Shown: in pieces, positions 37,714 through 53,124 of the stretch
Layout of the letters: each line of letters opens with the position of its first letter
How positions within the stretch are numbered: the stretch's first letter is position 1
NCBI GenBank assembly: GCA_951406725.2
Contig: OX597816.1
Location: 103,664,001 to 103,728,000, forward strand
Direction: 5' to 3'
Source of the DNA: Octopus vulgaris
Taxonomy: Eukaryota
Length of the DNA: 64,000 nucleotides
Translations under genes and position numbers: made by a program
Notes under the pieces: generated by a model
Seen by the model: only the letters and a program-made list of their open reading frames with translations
Database searches by the model: none
What the model was told of the DNA's origin: nothing

Positions 37714-39404
37714 CTTGTATTATTATCGTATTATTAAAAGCAATATGAGCCAATTTAGTATGGGGTTATTTTTCAGTCATCTATAAGAATATGTTTATTT
37801 TCTTCCCTTGTCTACCTTGAGACAGTGGTGTTTTGTAGCTTGATGAATTGTACTGCCAAATATTCCAAGCACAACTCAATACTTAAAATCTGCTAAAGTG
37901 ATATTTTATCAATTTGTTGAAATTACTCATGGCAGGTAAAAATCTGTATTGTATTTTGTCAGTATGTATTCAAATTATAAAAACTATGAGATATTCATGG
38001 AGTTATGGATATTTATGTTATTTTTTAACTCCACAATTTGCATTTCACTAGGTCAACTTATTTCAGTGGATGTTATATATTTCACTGTCTTCCTATTAAA
38101 GTTTAATGCAAGAAAGATAAGCTAAAAATGTTACATGTGTAATTACTTTTTGGTTTATCATTATTATTACTTTGTTTATAGTTGTGATACTTGATGGGAG
38201 GATGTTGTTTTATATTTACTGATACCATTGTAGTTACAAATCTTTAATCTCACTCCATACCAAATGTATTCAAAAGTCTTGACTCTAATTGCTTCCACCC
38301 ATCTTTTGCCAATCTTATTGATCTATAAATATGGTACAAGACTATAAATTGCTGGAAAAGAGTAATATTTGATTATATTAACCATCTTTGTTATCAGCCT
38401 TGAAATGAGGAATGCAAAGTTGACTTATGTGAAATTTGAACTCAGAATAATGAAGGGACATAATTTAGGCTCATGGTTATAAACTTTGGAGGAGTTATAT
38501 CAGCTCCAGTACCCACTAGCAATTTAGTTTATGGACCCTAGAAGTATTAAAAGCAAAGCTGAGTTCAACAATATGAACTTATCACTTGACTGATACTTTA
38601 TTTTATCAATTCTGGAATAAGAAAAAGCAAAGTGAACCTTGGTAGTATTTGAACTTACAACATATCTAAATATCACAGGACACTTTTTTCTTTTTTGATT
38701 ATTTCTGTATTCTGTCAATTCACCTTGACATCAGATAATACCACACACAAACACATACTGTATATTGTACTAGGAAATTGCACCATTATGGAGCTATTTT
38801 TCTTTTATTCCAGTATATTCATTAATTTTCTTAAAGCCTTCAACAATTTACATTGATTATCAATACAATTGATTATATCTAGATAATCTATTCTTGAACT
38901 CTAAGAGATGGCAGTCCTTCCTTGAAACAAACAAACAAAGAAACTAGTAAAAATTGTTAATGTACTCTTTCTTCAGTTTCTTGTGGTGATATCATTCACG
39001 ACAAGATTCTGAAGTACTTTTAAGGATATTGATATTTTGTTGCTATTGAACTGATGATAGCTAAACAAAGGCACTAATCTCCAGTAAGCAGACAGGGAAC
39101 TTTCTTTTAAGAATTCCAATCGCATAATGTTATAACTATGAAGCCTTACTTTTGAACAATATTGATTTTTTTTTTTTTTTTAATAAAATTAGGTTTAGGT
39201 TAAATCAGTTAAGTTTATCTCTTACAGAAAGTGTTAAATCCATGCTTCAGAAGAATGAAATTCGATTCCAGTCATTTTCAAAGTGCTATTCCTTCCTATA
39301 CTTTTCATGCCTCATGAAGCAACTACAATACTGTTAACTAATCACTTTACTTAGACTATTTTCTTGTTGTTTTCTTTTTTAAACCAATGTAACTGTCTAT
39401 CACT

Positions 39405-39608
39405 ACTGTTTGGCAGAATTGTTAGACATTGGAAAAATGCTTTTTGGTATTTCTTCTGGCTTCTTATGCTTCTGAGTTCAAATCTTTCTAAGGTCAACTT
39501 CATCTTTCATCCCTCTGAAGCTGACCAAATGAAATATCGGCCAAATTCTGGGGCTGGCTAACCCTCCCACTCTCCTTAAAATTTTGGCCTTGTGCTTTAG
39601 TCAGAAAC
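39405..39608 (+). mobile_element. Diverged SINE family B copy
   Basis: tggcagaattgttag...ttctgagttcaaat...aggtcaacttcatctttcatcc...aaaattttggccttgtgctttag. Confidence 0.7.
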
Positions 39609-41044
39609 TATTGTTACCATCATCATCAATATTATTATTATTGCCTTTCAAAGTATAATGTTTACATGACTTGAAATAACAGGGGTTTGGGGCTGAGAGT
39701 TTGGGTTGCACATGTGAGTAGAGAATATTTTTTTTTACCAGTGATCAACAGTTTGATGATCTTGGACAATAGAGAGTGATAGCTGGTTTAAGGTTAGGTT
39801 TGGAAATGAGAAGTTTTAGAATGTTTGGAAAGACAGTGTGTTAGTCAAAGATATGGATATGTGAGGATTCTCACTAATGTAGACTAACTGCTGTAGAATA
39901 GCAACTGATTTGATGTCTGCACCATCGCTATCAGCGTAAAAGGACTGCAAAAGGCAAGAGGAGTTGTGAGTATGGAAGTTATCAAGGATGATGATATAGA
40001 AGACAGGTGAGATGAAATAGATCTCATTGAAGTTAACTGAGGCAGCTGAACAAGTGTGGAGTATTGGAATTGTTCTAGAATGGATCAGCAGATATTAGAT
40101 TTCTTTTATGGTTTAGTTTTTAGGTGTGAGTATATATGCCTGTGTATGTGTAAATAGAAAGCTATATGGCACATGAATGGCCACAAACCACACTTACTAC
40201 TGAGTGGCCTGCTTGCTAGTCAGTGGCCTCAGCTAGAACACTTGATAAGATCATATGCCAAGTTCCAGTTTTATTTGGTAGCAGGCCTTTACTGTGGAAT
40301 GATTCTCTTCTATACTATCTTACTATTATGAATTCTGTGTCATCTTCATGTCCTTCATATCAAATGACTACTCCAATTGCTAGCATTATTGTTTACTAAT
40401 AAGTTATCATAAAGTTCTCTATAGTATCCATGGCTACTCTGCTCACCAGTTAGTAGCTATTACTAGAGAAGGAGGAGTATTTTAAGATGAGGGCGATTCG
40501 GTAAAGTAGGAAAGTGTAAGGGTGCGGCCTTTGATTGTGGAACAACAGTCAACAAAGAACTTAAAGGCTAATAAGGGAAAACTGTGTAAATATATATGTA
40601 CATGTTTTGTGTAATTGCTTCTATAATTTGAATTTAATTGGATGGTGTTCAACTAAATATCTGATAATTTTTGTAAATGATATTGACTGAGACAAATTTT
40701 GTCAGTCTGACATACTTTCTGAAATAGTTTGGTGACCTCTACAAAATGGAAGAAACAAATCCAAATGTTCTGAAACATTATATTGAAGAAATAAAATATT
40801 TTTTTCTAGGTTTGAATACATATGAAAAATGTAAAAAGCATTGTTCAACAAAATTATAAACCTAATCAGTCAGTCATTGTTAAGGCATCTGTTTTATGCT
40901 GTTGAAGCCTGAAAACATATAGAACTAAATGTTATAAGGTGTCCTATATTTTAGTGCAGTAAATTTGATTAAATACAATGCCTCCACAAAAATATTAGTT
41001 TTATTCACTCTGTCTCTGAGAATGTTACTACCAGACAAGTATCT

Positions 41045-41081
<37 letters not shown>

Positions 41082-42874
41082 TGAAAAGCTATAGTTAAGA
41101 GATGAATTTCTATATACTATGTGATATTCCTTACCAATTTCATTACTTCATCTCTTGAACTGGATAAAAATACATGTATCCTTGCCACAGAAATATTCAA
41201 GCTGAGAATACCAAATATTAAAATATAAAGAAAAAATAAGACAGAAAATGGCAACCCAATTTAACTAGAAATGTAATTTTGTTGGAGTTTTCACATTCAA
41301 AACTGTTGAATTTGTAGCCTTGAAAGACAATATCTAATATAAGACTTGAAGGTAATCAGAAAACTCTCTTCTAAAAATACTGTTTTATAAGTGACAAAAA
41401 CAAAAATGGATGATAATGATCTGACAATCATTTTAATTAAAAATATTGGATCATTTAAAACACATATATTGTTTCCTCATTTTTCTCTTTGTCTTGATTA
41501 TTTTGTTCAAACACAAAAGTGCTTTTTCAATTACTTGTTGAAAATAGTGAGAAAGCATAGAATCTGAACAGGTTGGTTATTTTCTAATTTCATGCTTTCT
41601 GATTGTTGTAGACATTTAGTTCATGAGAATATCTTAAATTAAACTGACATAAGCTGACAGTTGCATCTACCTGCTGCTGCATATATCTTCCTCTTTTAGC
41701 AACTCAGTTCTTTGACAAATAATCAATCTTTTGCAGCGATAGCTGATACTTTTGACTCAAACCTTGTCTTCTAACTCACTTTACTATAACATTCTCATCT
41801 TATTTCCTGTTGTAATTTAATGATTGTTGTGATAATAATACAGACTAAACACACTGCATTTCATTTTACCAACTACTATGGGGAACAAAAGCATTACTAA
41901 TGCAAAGATTTCTGTTATATAGATTTTCTAATACTTATTTTTTTCTTCTTTCCTTCAAAGAATTTCAACTGGTAATGTCTGTTCTTGATTCTTAATTAAA
42001 GTTTTCAAAAGGAGGACAGAAATTAAGTTTGTGTAATGAATTTAAAAATCAAAGTAGTACAGGAGTACAAAAACAAAACAATAAACAAATTCTTAAGTGT
42101 CAAGAGGAAAGTTTTTCAAGCACATCCTCTAAGTTAACTAATAATCTTTTTTATTATTATTATTTTTGTTATGATAGTGTTTACACTGGGAAGCCTTTTT
42201 TCTCTGCTTTTACTTGCTTATTAAATCACACTGTTTATATTCAATGAAATTTCTTCGCTCCTAATGATTTCTTACAATTTGTAGTATTAAACTGGACACA
42301 GAGTTGTAGTGTTGAGGATATAGTCACTTAAACAAATAAACCTCCGTAGATTGCTGGTATTCATTAGATCATCCATAGAGTTTGGTCTTAGAACTGAAAG
42401 GGATGCAATTAAAGTAACAAAGTAATTAGCTTAATACACTTTCTTTTATATCCCATCATCTTATATCTTCACTAATGAATTAGAAGATATCAATAATACA
42501 TTTTCGTAATTTTTTTATGGAAGTTTTCTGGTGAACATTACAATGATATGTATGTATTCTATTATTGACACTGGCACATCATTGAAAACTGTATTCTTCA
42601 TCACATTTGCAGCATAAGACCTTTTAAATTTCTTCTAGACTCTTCTTTTAACTATAATTTGGTATCATAACAAAAACAATGTCAAATGACTTTATTCCAC
42701 TGTTCTCAACTCTAGGCTATCTTTTCTGCTTCTCCCCAGTTTAATCCCTGGTTTTTCTTTTCAAATTTTACTACACTTCATCATAGGGAAGGCTTTCCTC
42801 TCCTAGGTCTTTGTTGGTTTTGAATTATCACTGATAATTCTGTATCTTTGCTTTTTCTAGGTAGAGGTGTTGGC

Positions 42875-43044
42875 TTAACAAATCAGCCCCGTGACATATT
42901 TTTGAAGCCTAGTACTTATTCTGTCAGTCTCTTTTGCTGAACTGCTAAGTTGAGATGCAAACACACCAACACCACTTGTCAAGTGGTGATTAGGGGACAA
43001 ACAGACACAAAGACATACGCATATAGATATATACATACATGTAT

Positions 43045-43095
<51 letters not shown>
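42875..43095 (-). mobile_element. SINE family A internal/3' fragment
   Basis: aagcctagtacttattctgtcagtctcttttgctgaactgctaag...ggggacaaacagacacaaagaca plus microsatellite. Confidence 0.75.
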
Positions 43096-43096
<1 letters not shown>

Positions 43097-43527
43097 AATG
43101 AAAGATGGCAGATGGAACATACAAGAATTTTCTTGTATTGCGTGTTCATTTCTATTTTTTTACCATCTGTGATTTTATTTTTGATCTAAATAACTGAAGA
43201 TATTTCCTCTGTCTGGCTGCTTTTCATTCTACAAAACAAGAAGATACATTGCAGAGCTGTTATTTCAACAAGTTGTATCTATTTAGCACCTGATGCAATT
43301 CATCTACATCTCTGGATGCTCCTGAACCAGTTGTTGAGGGATTGATGCTAGATGTTTTGAAACAATTGTTGTGATTAATAATGAATTCTCATATGCTCCA
43401 TCTTCCATCTTTCATTATTTGCTATATACATAATGATCATTGTGAAAGTGACCATGCTTTACCAGTAAGCTACCTGGTGTAAACCATTTGTTTTGTTTTA
43501 TATATATATATATATATATATGATATA

Positions 43528-43676
43528 TCTTTCAGTTTCCATCAACCAAATCCACTCACAAAGGCTATAGTAGAATCCACTCAGCCCGAGGCTATAGTAG
43601 AAGACACCCAAGGTGCCACACAGTGGGACTGAACCCAGAACCATGTGGTTGGAAACTTGCTTCTTACCACATACAG
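43528..43676 (-). mobile_element. SINE family A 5' half
   Basis: tctttcagtttccatcaaccaaatccactcacaaggc...gtgggactgaacccagaaccatgtggttgg. Confidence 0.8.
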
Positions 43677-46140
43677 TCTTCTCAATGAAAACTTTTGCCT
43701 CTGTAAGATTAACTGCGAGGCTTTTGGATTCTTGGCTTTCTTTTCACATTTAGAATTTTTTTCACTAAATTTTCAACTTCAACTGCTATCTATGATAACT
43801 CGATCGTCAGCACACAAGCTCTTACAGCTGCAAATAAAACTTTTCAGTTATGGCGATACATCTGAATGTTTTCATGCTCAGCAGATAACAGTAAGAGACT
43901 TAATTTGATATTTTTCCACAAATGCTGAATCAGTGCATCATGTTCATTCTTTGGTATCTGGAGTAAATGGTTGCAGCTGTTCTGTGAGGTTCACAGCATT
44001 TGTTCTGAGGTGGAGTTGGGGATGATGATGAAATGGACGACAATTTAGTTTTGTACAAGGCCATGAATTTAAGAGGAAGAGGGTAGTAATTTAAAATGAC
44101 TCTAATACTTAACTGGTACTTATTTGTTGAATGCAGAAGGATAAAATGTGAAGCTGTCTCCATTGGAATTTGAACTTTGCTCTTCAGAACATAATGAGAT
44201 GTAACTAAATACTATAAGGAATTAGTCTAGCACTGTATCAACTTGTCTAGGCTGCTGCTGCTGCCGCTGCTTCCTTATTCCATGCTTTGGAATGTTTTTC
44301 ACTGAAAAAAAAGTTTATTCCATAATCATCTGGGATCTGGTAAATAGTCTGACTATGCTGCATCGAGGAGATTGAATAAGACTGAAACATGCTTGGAGTT
44401 ATCACCAATTTTGCCAAAGCTAGGATCTACTCCCCATTACATAATTTACACAATGTTCGATTAATTTTCTTTTCAGGATTGTCTTCCTTGCCTTTTATAA
44501 AATCATTTGTTAAAGCCAATGATTTTTATCTGTAAGTTAATTAATTATCATCTTTTTTTTTATATATATACATTACATTAAATCTAGTAGCCCTACTTAA
44601 CCATATTTTCTTCATGCAGAAAACATCCCAGAGATATTCTCTCACTATTTTAGGAAAAGCTGCTGATAATACTTACATTACACTATCTCACAGAGTATGT
44701 TTCCAAAACTGAAGCTGTTTTACTTATATTTAGAGTCATTGTCGTTGTTTAACTCTAGGTCAAACTTTATTGAGCTGCTAATGATGAAAAGCATTCCAGC
44801 TATGACCATCCCTTAATTTTAGGAGTAATAACTTGGACTACCTTGTCCAATGCATCTTTTCCACATTTAACAGTTGAGTATTACTTTGAGGGAGATAAAG
44901 TTGTTAAACTCTAGCATGTTGAGTGATCATGTAGATCATCTCCCTTGATGGCTTGACACTATAAAGTAGTTTCTATGTCAGCCTATATAAAAAAGGAAAA
45001 GTAAAGAATTTTGTTTGTTTTATAAATCCTTGGTAAAAATTTCATGCTTCCTGGCTTCAGTAGTTTATGAGAAACTAAAACAGATATGCAAGTAATTTAT
45101 CAATGAATCAAACAAACATAATAAAAACTGGCATATGACTGTTTTATTATATTTGTACAGATATATTTTGGAGGGAGGGGATGGTAGGCACTTTCTCTTT
45201 TTGGCTTTATGTTATCATATTCTAGTGGATAAATGTAATATTCATCTTGCCTGCATCTAACCTAGTTCTCTATTTTTGTAATGAGTGGATCACCTAAATA
45301 TAATGATGAATATTAATGACAATTTCTTTTTTTAAATTTTTTTTTTATATCATTGCACAACATTGATTATATAGAGCTGGAATGAGTATTGTCAATTTGA
45401 CTACTTCATTGAAACTTATTTTATTGATCTCAGAGGTGTAGAGAAAGAAAATTCTCACCAATAATAATTCAATATCTGAACAGAGGAGACATTGAACTGA
45501 ATTTCATTGAATGTCTGTTTCCAGTTTCCTCAGAGTATTTTTTACCTTAAAAGAAATTTGTCAATTTAGCTACTAAGGATTTTATTAACACACAATAATA
45601 ATGATAGACTTAATCCATTGGTCAGTTTAATAACGCCACTTGACTCTTGGAGACTGATAGCAGACTCCTTTCTGATGCAAGGATTCAGCAAAGCTTATTT
45701 TAGGAAGGGGTTTCGACTAATCCTTACCCCAAATTACCCCAAAATGTTTCCCCAAATTAAGCTGTTTTTCTTATAATGTAATGGTTATTTCTACTTCAGC
45801 TACCTAATCTTGTTTATTGCAGGGGGCTTCCCCCCTCAAGTCTGTTTTATATTCGTCATCTGTTATATATCTTTCATCTGTTTTATATTTGGTATGACAG
45901 ACCAGTCACCAATATACTTGAATTTGTGCCACATAATGCCTGTTAATGGTCACTCATTCTGCTAGAAAGTGCAATTACATATCCCTCCAATGACACCCAA
46001 ATGTAAATGGAGTATACATTAGAAAATGTAGTCTTAAATATATGATATCCCCCCAAAAAGAAAGAAATAAAGTAAAATATATTAATAATAATAATAATAA
46101 TGATAATAATAATAATAATAATAATGATAATAATAATTAT

Positions 46141-46348
46141 CCTTTCTACTACAGACACAAGGCCTGAAATTTGGGGGGGGGTAATTGTTTACATCGACTT
46201 CAGTGTGTAACTGGTACTTATTTCATTGACCCCGAAAGGATGACAGGCAAAGTTGACCTCGGCAGAATTTGATCTCAGAACATAAGGGCGGATGAAATGC
46301 TGCTAAGCATTTCGCCCAGTGTGCTAATGAGTCTACGTGTTCACTGCC

Positions 46349-46350
<2 letters not shown>
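46141..46350 (-). mobile_element. SINE family B, full length, inside (AAT)n
   Basis: cctttctact...actggtacttatttcattgaccccgaaaggatgacaggcaaagttgacctcggcagaatttgatctcagaac...cactgcctt; (AAT)n at 46084-46139 and 46351-46443. Confidence 0.88.
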
Positions 46351-46380
<30 letters not shown>

Positions 46381-46397
46381 TAATGATAATAATAATG

Positions 46398-46445
<48 letters not shown>

Positions 46446-49101
46446 ACAGTCGAAGGTACAATGGTCCTAGCTTTGATCATAGACCTGCTTGATCAAGGCT
46501 GACCTGGGGCTAAACAAAAGCAATAACAACAACCTTGCACTGGCTAATGGAAAATATAGGCCATATAATTCAAATAAACCATTCCCTGTAACTTGAATGA
46601 ATCTCTTTAAATTAAGTTCCAGAATAGTTTACTTTTATTATAAGCTCTAATTACATTGCCTTACTTCTCACTAAGAGAAACCTAGTTTGTTGACTATTGA
46701 AATTTGCTTTTATATATTAACTACAAAAGACAATTGGAGTAATACATTCTTTTATTGTAAAACAGTACTTATATATATTAGATTTTGCTACCTTTCATTA
46801 GTCTTCTTATTAGATCAGTGTCATACTAAGTCTTGACATTTATAGCAGTCTAATAAATCTATTCCAGTTCTATATATTACTGTGCTATTTAAATTCTTTT
46901 CCTTTTTATCTCAAACCAAAATGTTTACCTATTGGAAAACATTTCCCAGAGGTTTCTAGAAAGAACACGAAATGAGTTTTCCTCAGTAATTTTATTTCAC
47001 ACGTCTAATCTTTCAAAACTTTTGCTTCTTTGGCAATAAATCAAATTTCTTTAGCAACAGAGATGCAGTCATTCCTTAATAGAATTGAATCGAATTATTC
47101 TATGTATACAGTTTTGTAAATGTAAATGTCTGGAGCCAAATTGATATCCTTACACACACTCACACGCACACATGCACATACATGACACACACGCTCACAT
47201 ATAATTGTTGACATGATTTCATCAGCCTTCACTTCTTGTAAACTGATACAAAGATACACAAAGGTATGTCCATGTGTGTAATGCTATAGGTATCAGGCAA
47301 ATACATTATTACATCAGCCTATATCCATGGAGTATATAACCTAACTGAGTGGAATGCTCTGAATTAGTGGACAAGATAAAGTCCAAGTTGCTTTCAGATA
47401 AAAATTACCTCATGTTTAATTATCAATGGTATTTTATTACAACGCAAATATTCATGTTTAACATTACAACATTTTATTGCTTTTAGGAATGAAGTAAACA
47501 GGCTTGTAGTATATAACCTAATTTTTGAAATTATTATTATTATTATTATTATTTATAGTAGTAGCAGAAGTGAAAGTTAACAAGGATACAAAGTTATAAC
47601 AGACTGAAATGGCAAAAAACTTTGAAGGCTGAGTATGAACATAGCTGCAACATTAACTACGTTAGAAAATAGCATTTTATGCAAGAGTGCTTCATTGGTT
47701 GTTGTTCTCCAAATATGAAAATTGTTTGTGCACGGAATATATATATTTTTTTTGTGTGATAAATACTTCATGAAGAAGACAATAATGTATTTAACTCCAC
47801 AGGCACGTTAGTATATAAGTGCAGTGGAACAGGTAACTGCTGACATTTTACCAAATGCTAGGAAATGTAGACTGAGAGTGTATCAGAACTGTTTAAAACA
47901 AAAAGATTTAAGTTATACAGACAGATTTCAGTATATATTTTAATGGATTTACAAATAGTTTGTTTTAGACAAGTTCAGATGTTTTAGGTAGTTATAAATA
48001 GTACTGAAAGGATATTGTTTCAGATTAAAAACCTCCTCTTTATTTGTCTGGTTTTATTTAGATTCCCTTTAGTTTTTGTTAAACACATTTCAAGTAATTT
48101 ATTCTCTGCCTTCAGGTGGCTATTCTCTTTTGCTGCAAGAGTTAATCACGATGGCCTAGAATATCAATGCTTTGATGGCTGTGGTGAATGCCGAAGAGTA
48201 AAAGATAGGATCTCAGTTCCTGGCATGCTAACATAGTGACACACTTTCACTCACCGCTTAAAACTACTCAACTTTGCATATGCCATCACTGACCTTTCTT
48301 TATTGCATTGTTAGTATAATGATACCTATTTCTTTCCCTCTAAAAATATAGAGTTGTTGTTGTAGATATTATTTTCAACAAATGGTTTAAAAGATATACC
48401 AACTGTCTTTTTCAATCTCTCTTCTTATATGACTTAATAATCCATCTGTCTTTCCTTCCTTCCTTTCATTTTCATTCACACATCCCACTTCTCTGTCTTT
48501 CAATATTGTATAATCAAGTATATTACTAGTACTTAAAATTCAGACTGTGAAACATGAGATGAGACTCATTTTCCAAATATCAAAATTCTAAATCAAATAT
48601 TTTATCATCTTTTTATTTGTCTCTTGCTGCTTAGCAACTGGTATTGGTTTGTTTGTGTCCCTGTAACTCAATAGTTTCATAAAAAGAAAGAAATAGAATA
48701 AACACCTGCTATCAGCCAAAGTTAACTTGATCAAGCAAACCCTTTGAGGTAGAGCTCAATGTGGCTGCAACCCAATGATTGTGACAAGCAAAATTATAAA
48801 AGAATAAAAGAATTAGAAAAATAAAGAAATCAATGAGAAGTACCATCCACATGAAAAACAACTAATTTCGTGTTATCAAATTTAATGTAACAAGCATTAA
48901 AAATCTAATTAAAAATATTTTTCCAATGAGTAAAAGAGGTTATCTCAATGACTAACATTATTTTAATTAGATATTAGTTATGGAATAGTATTATTACTGA
49001 ATAGCAGTCTTCAAATCATGCTTAATGTGGATGTGCTATAAGAGAACTGTAATACTGCAGTATTTGTCCTGAGGAAACTTTTCATATAGATGTTTAATGT
49101 A

Positions 49102-49704
49102 TTGGGTTATCCTATAAATAATGCGTGGTTCCAGAAATTCTGAGCTGGAAACTATAGCATAGAAGACAAGCCTCATCCTGGAAGATCTGTAGAGCTAAAT
49201 GAGGACATCCTGCAAACACTGGTGAAACAAAATCCCATTGTAACTGTTGAGGAACTAGCAGAGAAGCTTGGATTTGGTCATTCAACCAGTCATTCAAGAA
49301 GAAAAATGACCATCTTTGGTTTCAAGATGAAAGGTGTTCTTCCATCAGGATAATGCTCAGCCACATACAGCAATGATGACATTGCAAAGACTGGAATGGG
49401 AAGCGATGTCCCACCCACCATATTCGCTGGACATTGTCCCATCTGATTATCATTTATTCTGCAGTCTTCAAAATCATTTGGCTGGAGAAAATATGAATTC
49501 AGTAGATGAGGTCAGAACAGTACTGGAGGAGTATTTTTCATTATGGACAAGTGAATTTTGAATTTTGCACATCTACCAGATAGATGGAAGAGTATTGTAG
49601 AAAATGAAGGAGAGTATATTTTAGATTAAAAAAGAACTTTGTTTATCTTAATTTTGAAAAGTAAAATAAATATTAAAAATTGCATTATTTATGGGATGAC
49701 CCAA
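49102..49704 (+). mobile_element. Internally deleted mariner (DD34D) transposon
   Basis: TIRs ta|ttgggttatcctataaataatgc and gcattatttatgggatgacccaa. HTH remnant WFQKF*AGNYSIEDKPHPGRS...TVEELAEKLG; catalytic remnant FHQDNAQPH...HPPYSLDIVPSDYHLF...LPDRWKSIVENEGEYILD*. Confidence 0.92.
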
Positions 49705-52181
49705 TTTAAATACATTGAGATGTTATTAGCAGAGAACTGTTCTGCACAAGTGATGGATATTCTGTATAACATGGTTTTGATGTGTTTTGTGGATACGTGC
49801 TGCTGATTAGGTGCAAAACACCAAAAGCATGTGATACAACAGTTCCACTTTTGGTGTGGGGACAGTTCTTGTCTGCTTCTGATATCTCAATGCTTTTATG
49901 TATTAATACAAGAAGCTATCTCAGGATGGTACTCTTATAATGGTACTCTTATAATATATCCCTATGAACCATCCAACCATGTCAGTATAGAAAGCAGACA
50001 TTAAGCGATGATGATGATGATAATTAAGTTGGGTTTGAAGACTGATATTACTTTATTCATTTTTGCAGGCAGCAGAGTCAATTCTGGACAAGTTTTGGTC
50101 CCATTAGATCTCTTCACTGAAGCATATGCCTCAGCATATTTGTCAAAGTAGTTAAAAGTAAAATATTGTAGATAATCACTAAGTAAAATATTGTAGATAA
50201 TCAGATGTGTAAGTATCAAAAATTAGCATATTTAAAAATATAACCCTTAAGGCTAATTACTTAGAGGCACCATTTGCATGAGAATGAATAATTAAATTAA
50301 TGTTAACATATATAATGTAGTGTGTTTCAGAAAAACCTTATTAGAAATATTTATGTAATGAAGGAAAATGTTAACTCAATGACTAATAATATTTCAATCA
50401 TTTTGGCAAGTGTGAGAGATAGCTCTAGATGTGCTTCAGTCTTAATGGATTTCCTATGCAACTGAAAGACTTCATCATACTTGTCCAAATAGCTATGAAG
50501 GAATTATAAATAGTTGTATAATATTTTATGCCAATAGTATAAGTAATTAGTATTTTAAAAAATAAATCAGTAGAATGGCTTTATTATTGACTGAAACAAG
50601 AAAATAATAAAAAAAAAACAAATAAAAATGAAAATTAAGAAACTGTAATTCGTAGAAGCATTATTAGCTTTGTAAGATGAATGGAAAATGTTAACAGTTA
50701 TATAATTAGAATTGGTTTGGAAGGAATGTTTCTTATTCATCTGTGTATAAATTATCAAAGATTTTCTTCCTGCATGTGAAGAATCCTTATAATCTTCATT
50801 CTGTTTTGACATTACTGTATTATAGGTGATGATTAGGATGTTTTAACTGTAAACTATCACTTACTGTCAGCTATTTTCAGCTCTTAATAGTTGTACTTCA
50901 GCTCCAGCTAGTTTTGAAAGATTCAAGAAGTGTATTCTAAATTAGAGTCTCTTTTTCCTGCTGGCATAAATACAACCTTCTATGCAAAATCTGAAGATTC
51001 ATAATTTTTCTTGTGAAAGATATAGCAATGATTTCCTATTGCCTTCTGTCCATTTATTTAGGGCAATGTCTACTCACTAGTGAGCTTGTGTGACACATAT
51101 CTTGGGCCTTTGAATTTTTTATGTTTTAGTTACAAGATCATTCTGACATTTAATCCTTACATGAAAACTTTGGCATATAGTACCATTCTGGTCAGAGTGG
51201 ACTCTGTAGGACAGAGATGACTTGAGGGTAGCTCAAATTTCCCCCCAAAACTCCTGGATTTCCAAGCTGTATCCAGCCTCATCACTGCATACAGTTTAGT
51301 GTCTTATCCAAGACATTAGAGTACTGTTTATATTTCTGGACTGGAGTAGCAGCTGCAACAATAATCATTTAACATTGCACAAGCCCCAGTGCACCAACAT
51401 GCACTAGAAGAGGAAACCATTACACTATTGCTCAACTTGCTAGAAATAACAGTCAAACCTTTATCATATCATATCTTATCATCTTAGAAAAGAAAGATAC
51501 AATCCTTAGGTCACTGTACCTGGGAAAATGAAGGGATGGTTGTGGCTGGAATTTCACTAAACCTAGTTTTGCTTGACGAAAGATTATCCAAAGCTAGAGT
51601 ACTACAACTATTAGTACACAAACATATAGTGTTCACTCAGACTTTTCTGTTACTGTTACTATAATTTCTGGTCTTCTGAATTAATAAGGTGTATATCACT
51701 AAATATGCTTGCCTCTCCTTCTCTCATTATCCATGTTGTATTCTTCATGCCAACTCTAATACCTCAGAAAATTCTTTCTAATCATATTTTTCCCATTAGA
51801 ACTTCAGCCCTTTTGAACTAACTCCCTGCCCCAACCTCCCTTGACAAATATCTGTTTGCAGGAGTTGAAGCTAAAGATCATTCTTGTTGACCTTTTTCAT
51901 CTTGGAGAGCCCACAGTTACTATGGCAACTATATCACTACTTTGGATTAGATTACGACTTTATCCGTAATAATGATTTCAGCTATAGACACGAGGTTACA
52001 CTTTTGGTGGGTTTGGGATGCTTAGTAAATTAAACTGACTTCACTCTCAGGTACTTGTATGATACTTTATTTTATCAGTTCTGGAAGGATAAAAGTAAAA
52101 GTTGATTTCAACAGGATCTGAAGTCAGTATATAAAGGGATGAAACCAAATAACCATTGACTCAATAATAATAATAATGATG

Positions 52182-52261
<80 letters not shown>

Positions 52262-52481
52262 CCTTTTTACCATAGATAGGCACAAGGACCACAGTTTTAT
52301 GGGAGGGGTCAAATTCATTAAATCAGCCTCAGGACTCAACTAATACTTATTTCATTGACCATGAAAGGAAGAAAGGTAAAGTCAACTTCAGTGGAATTTG
52401 AACACAGAACATAAAGAACTGAAAGCAATGCCACTGAGCATTTTGTCCAATGTGCTAACAATTTTGTCAGCTTGTTGCCTT
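52262..52481 (-). mobile_element. SINE family B copy inside (AAT)n
   Basis: ggcacaagg...tacttatttcattgaccatgaaagg...gaatttgaacacagaac...gcattttgtccaatgtgctaac; long (AAT)n at 52163-52261. Confidence 0.8.
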
Positions 52482-52654
52482 AATGATAATGATAAATAAT
52501 AATAATAACTACAATAATGATTTCTTTTATTTGTCATTGGGACATAGATGACGGGGTCATCACAAGGACAGTATACAGTTTGCATAAAGATTAACATAAG
52601 AGATTAATGATTCTGGAAACAAAGAGGCTTGGAAATATCATTATGAAAGACTGC

Positions 52655-52990
52655 TGAACATGGAACCGGCTATCCAAATCGACAGTACTTTAGTAGATAA
52701 AGCAACTAAGGATATGAAAATAGGAAAACCTCCAGCCCATCAGAAATCACCCCTGAGATGCTTAAAATACCTGGCAGTGTGTGTTATGGTCTAGTCACCC
52801 ATATTGTAAATTAGGTGGTTCACGAAGGAGTCATACCCAATGACTGGCATAGCAGCACCATAGTCAACTGCTACAAAGGTAAAGGTGATACCTTAGATAG
52901 AAATAATTACAGAGGTGTCAAATTGTTGGATCAGTTGATGAAAGTTACCGAGAGGGTCATAGCCCAACTAATTAGGGAGTGTGTTAGTCT
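52655..52990 (+). mobile_element. RTE LINE internal RT fragment
   Basis: VDKATKDMKIGK; EGVIPNDWHSSTIVNCYKGKGDTLDRNNYRGVKLLDQLMKVTERVIAQLIRE. Confidence 0.88.
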
Positions 52991-53124
52991 AACATGGGTG
53001 TGGTCCAATGACCGAAACCAATTAAAATACAAATATTTAGATTCTGCTGTAAATACAGATTCCAACATTGTGGCTAGTTGTGAGGTAAATGCATGTCAAT
53101 AAATCTTTGCCGCATAAGAGAGTC

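Noticed and set aside
49925-50202. Short tandem duplications (atggtactcttata x2; aagtaaaatattgtagataatca x2)
   Set aside because: Ordinary slippage or repair duplications with no sign of function.
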